Assembly (NCBI GenBank): GCA_963796455.1
Contig: CAWCLO010000004.1
Span: 832,001-896,000 of the forward strand
Origin: Candidatus Sulfomarinibacteraceae bacterium
GTDB taxonomy: Bacteria; Acidobacteriota; Thermoanaerobaculia; Thermoanaerobaculales; Sulfomarinibacteraceae
DNA length: 64,000 bases
Direction: 5' to 3'
Shown: positions 48,163 to 58,602 of the stretch, in pieces
Numbering within the stretch: position 1 is the first letter of the stretch
Layout: each line of letters starts with the position of its first letter
Translations under genes and position numbers: made by a program
Notes under the pieces: model-generated
What the model was told of the DNA's origin: nothing
The model's input: only the letters and a program-made list of their open reading frames with translations
The model's database searches: none

Positions 48163-48245
48163 GCAGAGGGGCAGAGGGGCAGAGGGGCAGGAGGGGCAGA
48201 GGGGCAGAGGGGCAGAGGGGCAGAGGGGCAGAGGGGCAGAGGGGA
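48163..48245 (+). repeat. Octamer tandem repeat (GCAGAGGG) x ~10
   Basis: Direct reading. Confidence 0.9.
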
Positions 48246-48411
48246 CTCTGCCCTTATCACGTAGATCGACCCGCGACGATCTCCCTTTCCCCCCTTCTCC
48301 CTTTCTCCCTTTCAGGAACGGTATCCACCGCAGCCGTTCGATAGCGATAGCGATTCGATACCGATAGCGATCGTTACTTCGCCCCTCTGCCATGTAGAGG
48401 CTTGTTCTCGC

Positions 48412-49252
48412 TTTCGGGAACGGGAACGGGATCGGAACTGTCGTTCAATATGTCATCCTGAGCGAAGCGCCTTTGGCGCGCAGTCGAAGGATCTGCGGCA
48501 CAAGGGGACTTCGGTCCGTCTCATAGATCCTTCGACTACGCCCCAGGGCGGGCTCCGCTCAGGATGACATCGGGAGGAAACATCCCCATGCAGGGCAGAT
48601 CAGTGCCGGGTGGTTTCCCCTCTGCCCCTCAGCCCCTCTGCTCCTCTGCGCTGTGGGGCGCGGTTCTCCCTTTCCCCCTTTCCCCCGTTCGGGAACGGGA
48701 TACGGGATCGGCACTGTCGTTCAAGATGTCATCCTGAGCGGAGCGCCTTTGGCGCGCAGTCGAAGGATCTGCGGCGTTGGGTTTTCCCCGCGTGGGCCAT
48801 AGATCCTTCGACTACGCCCCAGGGCGGGCTCCGCTCAGGATGACATCGGGAGGAAACATCCCCGTGCAGGCCAGATCAGTGCCGGGTGGTTTCCCCTCTG
48901 CCCCTCAGCCCCTCTGCTCCTCTGCGCTGTGGGGTGCGGTTCTCCCTTTCCCCCTTTCCCCCGTTCGGGAACGGGATAGGGATCGGCACCGTCGTTCAAG
49001 ATGTCATCCTGAGCGCAGCGGCTTTGGCGCGCAGTCGAAGGATCTGCGGCGTTGGGTTTTCCCCGCGTGGGCCATAGATCCTTCGACTACGCCCCAGGGC
49101 GGGCTCCGCTCAGGATGACATCGGGAGGAAACATCCCCATGCAGGGCAGATCAGTGCCGGGTGGTTTCCCCTCTGCCCCTCAGCCCCTCTGCTCCTCTGC
49201 GCTGTGGGGTGCGGTTCTCCCTTTTCCCCGTGCTCCCTTTCTCCCTTTCGGA
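48412..49252 (+). repeat. Three tandem ~275 bp units, each with a 121 bp REPIN/MITE-like palindrome
   Basis: ATGTCATCCTGAGCG...GAAGGATCT...AGATCCTTCG...CGCTCAGGATGACAT at 48450-48570, 48726-48846, 49001-49121. Confidence 0.9.
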
Positions 49253-49338
49253 AATGAAACCGGGGTCGGGATCCAGCATCCAGCATCGAGTATCGAGCAT
49301 CGCGTTGCGCGATCCCACTTTCCGAATCGGGTGGGGGA

Positions 49339-50151
49339 TTACAGCTTGCCGCCGCAGTACTTGCAGTGCACGGCATCAGTAGCGTGGCCGCCGGCGCCGC
49401 AATCGGGGCAGGCCGTGGTGTTCAGGGCATGCTGCGCCGCGCTGGCGAGCTCGACGGTGACGATGCCGGTCGGTACGGCGATGATGCCGTAGCCCATGAT
49501 CATGATTGCCGAGGCCAGGATCTTTCCGAGCGGGGTCTGAGGCGCGATATCGCCGTAACCAACGGTGGTCATGGTGACGATGGCCCAGTAGATGGAAACC
49601 GGGATCGAGGTGAATCCGTTGGCCTCCCCCTCGATGAGATACATGAGGGAGCCGACGATGACGGTGATGGTCAGCACCGTGCCGAGGAAGATAATGATCT
49701 TGCGGGCGCTCGCCCTGACTGCGGCCCAGAGAACGCGGGACTCGCCGACGAAATGGGCCAGCTTGAGCACCCGAAAGATCCGCAGCAGACGGAGGGCGCG
49801 AATGACCAGAAGGGACTGCGCGCCCGGAATGATCAGGCTCAGGTAGGTGGGGAGGATCGCGAGGAGATCGACGATCCCGAAGAAACTGCGCGCATAACGC
49901 CAGGGTTTGCCTACGGAATAAAGCCGCAGCAGGTACTCGACAGTGAAGATGATGGTGACGATCCACTCGAAGGCGCGCAAGATATCGCCATAACGCTCAG
50001 CAACCGAGTTGATGCTCTCGAGCATCACCGCGATGACGCTGAGGATGATCAAAACCATCAGCGCCACGTCGAAGGTCTTGCCGGCGGGTGTATCCGCTTC
50101 GAAGATGATCTCGTGGATCTTCTGCTTGAGGGTCGGTTGTCGGTCGTTCAT
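49339..50151 (-). CDS. Voltage-gated potassium channel (ion transporter)
   Basis: RALRLLRIFRVLK S4 helix; TMTTVGYGD filter. Confidence 0.95.
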   Translation of the reverse strand: MNDRQPTLKQKIHEIIFEADTPAGKTFDVALMVLIILSVIAVMLESINSVAERYGDILRAFEWIVTIIFTVEYLLRLYSVGKPWRYARSFFGIVDLLAILPTYLSLIIPGAQSLLVIRALRLLRIFRVLKLAHFVGESRVLWAAVRASARKIIIFLGTVLTITVIVGSLMYLIEGEANGFTSIPVSIYWAIVTMTTVGYGDIAPQTPLGKILASAIMIMGYGIIAVPTGIVTVELASAAQHALNTTACPDCGAGGHATDAVHCKYCGGKL

Positions 50152-50241
50152 CCGGAAAGGATTCTATCAGGGGTGACACCGGTCACGGCGGACGGAATAA
50201 GGGAGACCCATTATCAATTGCACCAATTAACGGAGGAAATA

Positions 50242-51451
50242 ATGGCCAATGGATGGAGACGATTCAGTTTGTTTGTTTGTGCATTGTTTCTTTCAGGGTT
50301 GTGTAGCGCCACCGATCCACCGGCTGATCTCGCCCTGCAACCGGTCGACGCTGGATACGACAACCCGATCTGGGTCGGTGGTTCGGGCGACGGCACCGGC
50401 AGGCTTTTTGTCGTGGAACAGCCTGGGACGATCGGGATCGTCGGTATCGGAACATTCCTCGACATCGAGGACCGGGTGTTGAGCTCGCCCGGCGAGCAGG
50501 GGCTGCTCGGTCTGGCTTTTCATCCGGATTTCGTCAACAACGGCTATTTCTATGTGAACTACACCTACAATCCGGGCGGACAGAGCCCGGATATGACGAG
50601 GGTGTCGAGGTTTTCGGTGTCCGCGGGCGACGACGATGTGGCCGACGATCAGAGCGAGGTGGTGCTGCTCAGCTTCAATCAGGATGCCAGTAACCACAAC
50701 GGCGGCGATCTTCATTTTGGACCGGATGGTTTTCTCTATATCGCCTCCGGCGACGGAGGGGGGTCTGGAAGACATATTTGAAAACGCCCAGGATCTCACC
50801 AACCCGCTCGGCAAAATCCTCCGCATCAACGTCGATGCCGGGATCCCCTATGCGGTTCCGGGAGACAATCCCTTCGTCAACGTCCAGAATGCCTTTACCG
50901 AGATCTGGGCCTATGGTCTGCGCAACCCGTGGCGTTTCAGTTTTGACCGGGCCAACGGGGATCTCTTCATCGGTGATGTGGGACAGTATGAGATCGAGGA
51001 GATCGACCGTCAGCCGGCCGCAAGCATCGGTGGCGAGAATTACGGTTGGAGCTGCAAAGAAGGTGATGTCGTTCGCAACTACAACCCCTGCGACGGCAGC
51101 CCATTGACCGAACCGATTTTGGTCTATGACCACGACTTCGGCTGCGCGGTGACCGGCGGATTTGTCTACCGGGGGATGATCGGCGGGCTCCACGGCCGCT
51201 ATGTTTTCGGCGACTACTGTTCCGGCAGAATCTGGTTTGCCGTGGATGGGCAGACAGGGTGGACCGCAGCCGAGTGGGGCACCAGCACCGGCTACGGGTT
51301 GGCCTCCTTCGGCGAAGGCGATGACGGTGAGCTGTATCTTACGGATCGCGATGACGGTGAGGTCTACAAGATCATCAGCCCATCGGCCATCTTTGCCGAT
51401 TTCTTCGAGTCGGGCGATACCGCGGCCTGGTCGTCGGTGGTTCAGAACTAA
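50242..51451 (+). CDS. PQQ-dependent sugar dehydrogenase (GSDH family), frameshift in G-run near 50760
   Basis: EQGLLGLAFHP, NHNGG, FGPDGFLYIASGDGG | YGLRNPWRFSFD; C-terminal IFADFFESGDTAAWS. Confidence 0.9.
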
Positions 51452-51455
51452 AACG

Positions 51456-52706
51456 ATGGGTCGCGGCTTCTCAGCACTCGCGGTTTTCGTGGCCATGGCG
51501 TCTCCGTCGTCGGCCGAGGTGCCCGGGGATCTTTCTCTCGAGATGGTTGCGGGCGGCTTCTCTCGACCTGTGGCGGTGGTTGGCTCGGGCGACGGAAACG
51601 ATCGGCTCTTCGTGGTCGAGCAGAGTGGGCGGATTCTCGTGGTGGACGAAGGGGAGGTTCTCGGGACCCCGTTTCTGGACATCGCGTCGCAGGTGGAGAG
51701 CAGCAGCAGTGAGCAGGGCCTGCTCGGGCTCGCGTTTCATCCCGACTATTCGGCAAACGGATACTTCTTTGTCAACTACACCTACGATCCGGCCGGCGCC
51801 GGGCCGGACGTGACGCGGATCTCTCGCTTCGAGGTCTCAGCCGACAATTCCAACCGGGCCGATCACGGCAGCGAGGTGGTCCTCCTTCAGTTCGATCAGG
51901 ATTTTTCGAACCACAACGGCGGCGGTTTGAACTTCGGTCCGGATGGTTATCTCTATATCTCGACCGGGGATGGGGGGAGCGGGGGAGATCCGAACAACCG
52001 GGCGCAACGACTGGAGACCCTTCTCGGAAAGCTTTTGCGCATCGATGTGGACGGAGGCGACCCGTATGCGGTTCCGGTCGACAACCCGTTTGTCGATCTG
52101 CACACCGCGCTGCCCGAGATCTGGGCCTACGGTCTGCGCAACCCATGGCGGTTCAGCTTCGATCGTCATACCGGTGATCTCTTCATCGGCGACGTGGGAC
52201 AGAACAATGTGGAGGAGATCGATTTTCAGCCGGCGTCGGCCACCGGCGGCGAGAACTATGGCTGGAGCTGTCGGGAGGGCGATCGGACGCTGAATTTCAA
52301 TCCCTGTGACGGCGCCCCACTGACCGATCCGATCCTGGTCTACGACCACAGCCTGGGGTGTTCGGTGACCGGAGGCTTCAGGTATCGCGGGAGGATCTCT
52401 TCGCTGTGGGGTTTGTACGTTTTCGGGGACTTCTGTTCGGGTCGGATCTGGCTGGCGGCCGAGGACGGAGGGGTCTGGACGGCGGAGCAGTGGACCGATA
52501 CCGATTTCACGATCAGTTCCTTTGGCGAGGACGATGATGGCGAACTCTATGTCGTCGCCTTCAACCGGGGCGAGATCTATCGGTTCGACGGCGAGACGGC
52601 GCCGCGGATGAGGCGGACCTCCGGAAGACGGGCTCTTCCGATCGCACAGAAAGGGAGAAGGGGAGAAAGGGTGAAAGGGGGATTTCCCCCTCACAACGAC
52701 CTCTGA
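51456..52706 (+). CDS. PQQ-dependent sugar dehydrogenase (tandem paralog)
   Basis: Same motifs, intact; signal peptide from MGRGF. Confidence 0.92.
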   Translation: MGRGFSALAVFVAMASPSSAEVPGDLSLEMVAGGFSRPVAVVGSGDGNDRLFVVEQSGRILVVDEGEVLGTPFLDIASQVESSSSEQGLLGLAFHPDYSANGYFFVNYTYDPAGAGPDVTRISRFEVSADNSNRADHGSEVVLLQFDQDFSNHNGGGLNFGPDGYLYISTGDGGSGGDPNNRAQRLETLLGKLLRIDVDGGDPYAVPVDNPFVDLHTALPEIWAYGLRNPWRFSFDRHTGDLFIGDVGQNNVEEIDFQPASATGGENYGWSCREGDRTLNFNPCDGAPLTDPILVYDHSLGCSVTGGFRYRGRISSLWGLYVFGDFCSGRIWLAAEDGGVWTAEQWTDTDFTISSFGEDDDGELYVVAFNRGEIYRFDGETAPRMRRTSGRRALPIAQKGRRGERVKGGFPPHNDL

Positions 52707-52754
52707 GTTCTCAGTCTCCCTATCTCCCCTGCGCCCTTTCCCCCTTTCACTCCT

Positions 52755-53046
52755 GCTTCGCCTCCGCTCAGGATGACACCGTGAGGGGACCGCGGCGATC
52801 CTTTGATCGACATCGCACGCCGTTGGCAAAGGACGGAAAGATCTTTCGGTTGCGGCTTCGACCCTCCGCTCAGGATGACAGTGGCCTCGACGGAGACTGT
52901 AGCTTGGTGTCGCCGGCTCTGACCGCCATGAAGTCGGTACCTCGCAGCCATTATTGTGGAACCTTCCGGATGTCATCCTGAGCGGCCTGTCACGGCGTAG
53001 CCCGGAGCAAAGCCGGAAGCGCCCCGGGCGCGGAGTCGAAGGATCT
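52755..53046. repeat. Partial copies of the TGTCATCCTGAGCG palindrome family
   Basis: CCGCTCAGGATGACA ending at 52778 and 52880; TGTCATCCTGAGCG...GTCGAAGGATCT at 52971-53046; between convergent genes. Confidence 0.8.
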
Positions 53047-53057
53047 GCGGAATGAAC

Positions 53058-53684
53058 TCACTCCGGATTCAGATAGTGATGCCACAGCATCCTGGCCGCG
53101 ATGGACCGCCACGGTCGCCACGGCTCGCCGAGGGCCTCGAATTCGTCCCTGGTCGGGAGCGCCTCCAACCCCTTGAGATTCTGAACCGCCTTGACCAGCG
53201 CCAGATCTCCCATGGGCCACACATCGGGCCGACCCAGCACCATCAGGAGATAGACCTGTGCCGTCCACGGCCCGATGCCCTTGATCTTCACGAGCTCGGT
53301 CCGGACGTCGTCGTCGCTTTGATGTGCGAGGCCATCGAGATCAAGGGAACCCTCGATGAGGGACCTCGCCAATTCGCGACAGTAGAACCCCTTTTGACCG
53401 CTGAAGCCGATCGCCCGGAGCTCGGTGTCGTCGAGTGAAAGAAAAGCCTCTGGCTCGAGTTCGGACAGTCTCGAATTGAGCTTGTCGAAACACGCCCTGG
53501 CGGAAGCCAGCGAGACCTGCTGTTCGAGGATGATATGGACCAGGGTCGGAAAACCGGGTTCGCGGTCCCACAAAGGGGGAGGGCCGATTCGGTCGTGGAT
53601 ACGGGCCAGATCCGGGTCGGAAGACGCGAGGATCTTGGCGGCGCGTCGGAGTCCGCGAACCGTCAGCGGTTTAGGAGTCGTCAT
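53058..53684 (-). CDS. alkA: DNA-3-methyladenine glycosylase II (AlkA, HhH-GPD)
   Basis: IILEQQVS, IKGIGPWTA, RPDVWPMGDL, WRPWRSIA. Confidence 0.9.
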   Translation of the reverse strand: MTTPKPLTVRGLRRAAKILASSDPDLARIHDRIGPPPLWDREPGFPTLVHIILEQQVSLASARACFDKLNSRLSELEPEAFLSLDDTELRAIGFSGQKGFYCRELARSLIEGSLDLDGLAHQSDDDVRTELVKIKGIGPWTAQVYLLMVLGRPDVWPMGDLALVKAVQNLKGLEALPTRDEFEALGEPWRPWRSIAARMLWHHYLNPE

Positions 53685-54890
53685 GTCGGGATGGCGTCCA
53701 GATCCGCTTCCAGACCTACCGACGCCGAAAACCGTTCGAGTGCGGATCGTGTTGCCGATCGGCCTGAAGAGGTCGAACCATCCTCGAGATGGCACGAAAG
53801 CACGGCAAGCCTGCCGGCCTTGCGGTCGGCTTTGAGATCGATCCTGGAGACCAGCCGTTCACCCGCGAGGACCGGCAGGGAGAAGTAGCCATAGATTCGC
53901 TGGGGCCCTGGTTTGTAGATCTCGAGCACGGCGTGGAAACCAAACAGCAAATCGGTGCGCTGGCGGTCCCAGATCAGTGGATCGAATGGCGATAGCAGCA
54001 CGCCCCGGTCTCGGCGGGGACGCAGGGTCTCCAACCGGGCGGCAAGTTCGAGATCGGACGGGCGAATCCATCCCGGCGTTTGTGGCGCCGTCGTCTGCGA
54101 CCAGGGAGCACGGTGTGATTTCGCCCACCTCAACCAGTTGATCAAGAGCGGTCGTGACGCTTTCCCGGCAATTGCGCAGTCTCCAGGTCTGGGCCAGGGT
54201 GCCGGTGGCGGACCATCCGAGGCCTTCGAGGGCGCGCAGCAGGAGCACGGCAAACGCCTCGCCGCGCGGCATGGGGCGATCCAGATAGGCGGAGGGAATC
54301 ACCCTTTCGGCCAGATCGTAGGTGCGTTGGAAATTTTTGCGCTCGCGGATCGCAAGCTCGCCGGATGACCAGAGGGCGGTCGCCACCTTTTTGGCGATCT
54401 TGAGGTCCCACCATCCGCGGCTGCCTTCGCCTTCCATGTCGAGGGTGCGGAGGGGGCCTTCCGCCCGGATCCGCGCCATCAGCCTTTTGGTTACCTCGGG
54501 GTTTTCGCCGACGATGTCGCCCCACCACGGGTGGTGATGGAAGTCTTCGCGCCGGAAGGCGAAGACGGGGTAGAGATCCATCGGAAGCCAGCACGCCTCG
54601 TGGCCCCAGTATTCGAAGAGCGGTTCGCCGGGCTGCAGGAGCTCTTCACCCAGAGATGTATCAAAACCCTCGATCCTGGAGGACGGAACGATGGAGTGGC
54701 TGCGAGCTCCAGCGATCGCCACGGTGTCGAGCTGGAGATAGCCGAAGCGATCGATGACGGTGTGCGCCGCCTTTCGCGCCCTCTTTCCACGTCCGGCCGC
54801 TCGCTGAGGCATCCCGGTCCACTCGGGTTTGAGCAGACCGCCCCGGCACAGGGCCAACCGCCTGGCGGCGCGGGTGTTGATGGATTCCAT
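53681..54890 (-). CDS. YcaQ/AlkZ-like winged-helix DNA glycosylase, frameshift near 54075
   Basis: LQLDT...ARSH, LFEYWGHEAC, FQRTYDLAERV | LLSPFDPLIWDR, LEIYKP..RIYGYF. Confidence 0.9.
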
Positions 54891-54958
54891 GGAGGATGAT
54901 TCTACGAGAACCCAAACCCCGAGGGGCGAAAAAGCACAGGCGGCCCCGACGGATGAAC

Positions 54959-55463
54959 GCCCACAGATTACCCAGATGGACTCGGATTGAGGACGCCGCA
55001 AACACGAAGACACAAAGACACGAAGGAGCCACACCAAGAAAACCACAGAGGCACGGAGGCACGGAGAGAGAGAAAGAACGCCCGCAGATCACGCAGATGG
55101 ACGCAGATCCATCGCAAAGAACACAGAGACGCAGAGCCGGAGCGGTGATCAGATAGGCCCACAGATTACCCAGATGGACCAAGGAAGAGGACGCCGCAAA
55201 CACGAAGACACAAAGACACGAAGGAGCCACACCAAGAAAACCACAGAGGCACGGAGACACGGAGAGAGAGAGAACGCCCGCAGATCACGCAGATGGACGC
55301 AGATCCATCGCAAAGAACACAGAGACGCAGAGCCGGAGCGGTGATCAGATAGGCCCACAGATTACCCAGATGGACCAAAGAAGAGGACGCCGCAAACACG
55401 AAGACACAAAGACACGAAGGAGCCACACCAAGAAAACCACAGAGGCACGGAGACACAGAGAGA
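54959..55463 (+). repeat. ~197 bp unit x 2.6 built from short A/C/G-rich triplet modules
   Basis: GCCCACAGATTACCCAGATGGAC at 54959, 55157, 55353. Confidence 0.9.
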
Positions 55464-55476
55464 TCACATCGGAGAA

Positions 55477-55529
55477 GTGCAGCCGAGACGGCTGCACCAC
55501 CATGGTGGTGCACGCGTCTCGCGTGCACA
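55477..55529. repeat. REP-like doublet
   Basis: GTGCAGCCGAGACGGCTGCACCAC-CATG-GTGGTGCACGCGTCTCGCGTGCAC. Confidence 0.7.
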
Positions 55530-55792
55530 TGGTTGAACCGCGAAGAACAACGCAAAGAACGCAAAGTCGCAAAGACGCCAAGGCTCGGTTGCCGAGATTG
55601 TGGGAGGGTGCCATCAGTGTCGGCAGATCGACAGACGATCTCCGATCGCCCGTCGCCGGTGAGAAGCGGGGCGCCTCCGATCGCCAGCGCTCGGAGTCAC
55701 CCCGCTCCCCACCGACCGGCACGCCTCCGGCATGCCGGATCCGCCTTGCATCGAAGACCCCCATTCTTGATTGAAGGAAAGGGGAGGGGATA

Positions 55793-55910
55793 GGCGAGAC
55801 CTGCGCGGTCGCGCAGGCCGCTGGGTAAGGAAACCGCGACGAAAGCTGGTTTTCGGGGCGGTTTCCTGACCCAGCGGTTCATGGCCGCCCTTGGCGGCCA
55901 GGATCTCGCC
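55793..55910. other. Multi-branch stem-loop element
   Basis: Closing GGCGAGA/TCTCGCC with three internal stems. Confidence 0.6.
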
Positions 55911-56014
55911 GGACTGGGGATGTTGACGGGAAGTCCTCTGCGTCTCTGCGTTAAGAACTCGGTAAGCGGAAGCTGTTTGCCTGTCGACGGGTCGAGGGGG
56001 ATCACTATCTAGGT

Positions 56015-56275
56015 TCATCTGGGTAAGAACTGCGCTGCTTTGCGATGTCTTCGCGTCTTTGCGCCTTTGCGTTGATAAACCCGAGAGTGCTGACGTCGTT
56101 CGTATTCAGCGGTGGCTGATGCCTTCACAATCAGGCGGTCATCTGCGTCTATCTGCGTGATCTGCGGGCTACTCGCGCTGCGTTGCGATGCCTTCTGTGT
56201 TTTTCTGTGTGTTCTGTGGGCTCATTGCACTGTTTTGTGACGTCTTCGTGTCTTTGTGCCTTCGTGTTTGCGACG
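56015..56275 (-). repeat. Reverse-complement copies of the 54959-55580 modules
   Basis: CATCTGGGTAA, ATCTGCGTCTATCTGCGTGATCTGCGGGC, CTTCGTGTCTTTGTGCCTTCGTGTTTGCG. Confidence 0.85.
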
Positions 56276-56338
56276 GGAGATGTCCGGCTCTCTGTGTCGG
56301 CCATGCGCCTCGGAGGTTCTGCTGATCGTGCAGATCCA

Positions 56339-58000
56339 CTACACCGCGGCAGGGACCTCTTCGGACGCGGACACGGACACCGACTCGGGCACGGTGTTTT
56401 TTGCCGGGATCTGGGAGCAGACGTGCTCGGAGAGCGCGGTGATGGTCAGCGATGGGTTGACGCCGAGGTTGGCACCGATCATGGACCCATCCATCACATA
56501 AAGCCCCTCGTGGCCGAAGACCCGCCCCGAAGAGTCGATCACACCGGAGGACGCGTCGCGGCCGATCCCGCAGCCACCGAGGATATGGGCGGTGGTCGAG
56601 GTGTCCAGGAGGACCTCGTTGAGGGTCGACTGGGGGATGGCATCGAGATCGGCTGCCACCTCGCGTGCGATCTCGTTGGCGACCGGAATGTAGGAGGGAA
56701 TTCCGGGTTGATTGGGATCGGGCTGGGTCGTCAGGGTCTTCGAAAACGGCCAGAGGAGCTGCCGTTTGCGAACCAACCGGGTGTGGTTGTCGGCCGTCTG
56801 CATCGCCATGACCACCGCACCGGTTTCAGCCTTGCCCCAGGGTTTGAGGATGCGCAAAAAGTCGATAGGGTGACGCAGAATGTTGCCGATCCAGCGAAGC
56901 TGGCGCGGGATCTTACCGCCACCATTCGTCAACAATGTGCCGAGCAACAACATCACATCCGAACCCTTTGAAAACCGAACGGTCTCGAAGTGGGTCTGCT
57001 CGTCGATCTCGACCTTGGCGGCGATGGCGATGCCCTCCCAGAGATCCTTGCGGCTCTTGGAGGTCACTCCGAGGAGGGCTTCCGAGTTGGTGCGCACGAC
57101 GTTGCCGAGGCTGTCTGAAATACCCGGCAGCGCGCCTGATTCTTTGCACTCCATCAAAAGGGGAACCGTGCCCAGGACGCCGCCGGAGAAACACGACCTG
57201 GTTTGCGGTGAGCGATGCCGGTGGTCTATGGAGAACCAGCCATTTTTGCGTGTCCAGTGGATTCGGTATCCGCCGCCATCGAGGGCCTCGACGAGAGTCA
57301 CCCGCGTATCGGCTACGACCTCGGCGCCGTTTTTTTCGGCGAGGTAGAGATAATTCTTGTCGAGGGTGTTTTTGGCACCGGGGCGGCACCCGACCATGCA
57401 ACCGCCGCAAAAGGTGCAGCCGGTGCGTTCGGGGCCTTCGCCATCAAAGTAGGGGTCGGGAACGGTGACGTCGGGGTCACCAAAATAGACGGCCACCGGA
57501 GTTCGGCGGAAGGTGTCTTCTTTACCCCGCCTCGCCGCGGCGCGGCGCAAAGCTTCGTCAGCGGGTCCCAATTTTGGGCTTTCGGTCACGCCCAACATTT
57601 TCCGGGCGGTTTCGTAATGCTCGGGCATGATCGTCTGCCAGTCTTCGAGACCCCGCCATTGCGGATCGTCCCACACCGAGTTGGGTGGTTCGAAGAGCGT
57701 ATTTGCGTAGACCAGGCTGCCGCCGCCGACGCCGACGCCGTGCAGCACCAGCGCTTCGCGCAGCAATCGCAAACCGAAGATGCCCCGGCACCCGATATAC
57801 GGGAACCAGAACGACTTGCGGATGTTCCAGTTGGTCTTCGGGAAGTCCTGCGGCCGCCAGCGCCGGCCTTTTTCGAGGACCGTCACGGCATAACCCTTTT
57901 CGGTGAATCGGTGCGCCGCCACCGATCCGCCGAAGCCGGAGCCGATGATGGCAACGTCGGTGTCGAAGGCGTTTTCGCCGGGAGCACTTTGTTGTTTCAT
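56339..58000 (-). CDS. GMC family oxidoreductase (cholesterol oxidase-like)
   Basis: IIGSGFGGSV, GVGGGSLVYAN, CTFCGGCMVGC, TAHILGG, GVNPSLTITALSE. Confidence 0.92.
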   Translation of the reverse strand: MKQQSAPGENAFDTDVAIIGSGFGGSVAAHRFTEKGYAVTVLEKGRRWRPQDFPKTNWNIRKSFWFPYIGCRGIFGLRLLREALVLHGVGVGGGSLVYANTLFEPPNSVWDDPQWRGLEDWQTIMPEHYETARKMLGVTESPKLGPADEALRRAAARRGKEDTFRRTPVAVYFGDPDVTVPDPYFDGEGPERTGCTFCGGCMVGCRPGAKNTLDKNYLYLAEKNGAEVVADTRVTLVEALDGGGYRIHWTRKNGWFSIDHRHRSPQTRSCFSGGVLGTVPLLMECKESGALPGISDSLGNVVRTNSEALLGVTSKSRKDLWEGIAIAAKVEIDEQTHFETVRFSKGSDVMLLLGTLLTNGGGKIPRQLRWIGNILRHPIDFLRILKPWGKAETGAVVMAMQTADNHTRLVRKRQLLWPFSKTLTTQPDPNQPGIPSYIPVANEIAREVAADLDAIPQSTLNEVLLDTSTTAHILGGCGIGRDASSGVIDSSGRVFGHEGLYVMDGSMIGANLGVNPSLTITALSEHVCSQIPAKNTVPESVSVSASEEVPAAV

Positions 58001-58155
58001 GGGCCTCCTTCGCAGAGTGTACCCGTTTTTGCCGCACTTCGGCAATAAGCTCAACTTTATAATCCTGTCCGAAACTCGCCATCCGATCCCGTCCCCGATC
58101 CGGATCCCGGTCCCGATTGATGCTCGGAGGCTCCAGAAACAGTTATAATCCCCCC

Positions 58156-58602
58156 ATGAGAACGGTGTTTCTGTGCCTCGCAATGTCGGTACTGGCGGTA
58201 TCCGCCGCAACCGCAGCTGATCCGCCCCTGGTGGACGGCGTATCGGGCGCACCGCTCGCCTGGGGTGATTGGTTGCCTCGGAAGGGCCCGGTGGCGGTCC
58301 TGGTCTGGACATCGTGGGCACCCGATGCCGAGACGGTTATGGACCGCTACGAGGGCATCAACGAAGCCTGCGCGGAGGCGGGTCTTTTTCTGGTGATCCT
58401 CGATGTGCAGGAGAGCCTCGAAGATGGGCGTTCAGCACTCGGACCCCGCGGTGTCAATTGGATTCACGACCGCCACGGCGCGCTCCTCAAGACCTATCGG
58501 ATCATCAAGGTCCCGTCCCTACTGCTGCTCTCGGCTGACGGCGAGACCCTCGGCAAGATCGATGCGAGCGCCGAGGCCGTCCTGAACTGGAAAACCCCTT
58601 GA
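58156..58602 (+). CDS. Secreted thioredoxin-like (TlpA) protein lacking CxxC
   Basis: Signal peptide; VLVWTSWAPDA; YRIIKVPSLLLL..DG. Confidence 0.65.
   Translation: MRTVFLCLAMSVLAVSAATAADPPLVDGVSGAPLAWGDWLPRKGPVAVLVWTSWAPDAETVMDRYEGINEACAEAGLFLVILDVQESLEDGRSALGPRGVNWIHDRHGALLKTYRIIKVPSLLLLSADGETLGKIDASAEAVLNWKTP

Noticed and set aside
47979..49492. ORFs such as PLCPSAPLPL and MVSPLPLSPSAP
   Set aside because: Translations of non-coding repeats
54661..56501. Cys-rich repeated ORFs (SPCLCGFLGVAPSCLCV)
   Set aside because: Translations of the 197 bp tandem repeat; no RBS or family motif
50758..57225. Programmed frameshifting or true pseudogenes in GSDH (50760), ycaQ (54075) and GMC (57190-57225)
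   Set aside because: Single-base indels in otherwise intact genes, some in homopolymers, are more simply sequencing errors; cannot be resolved without reads
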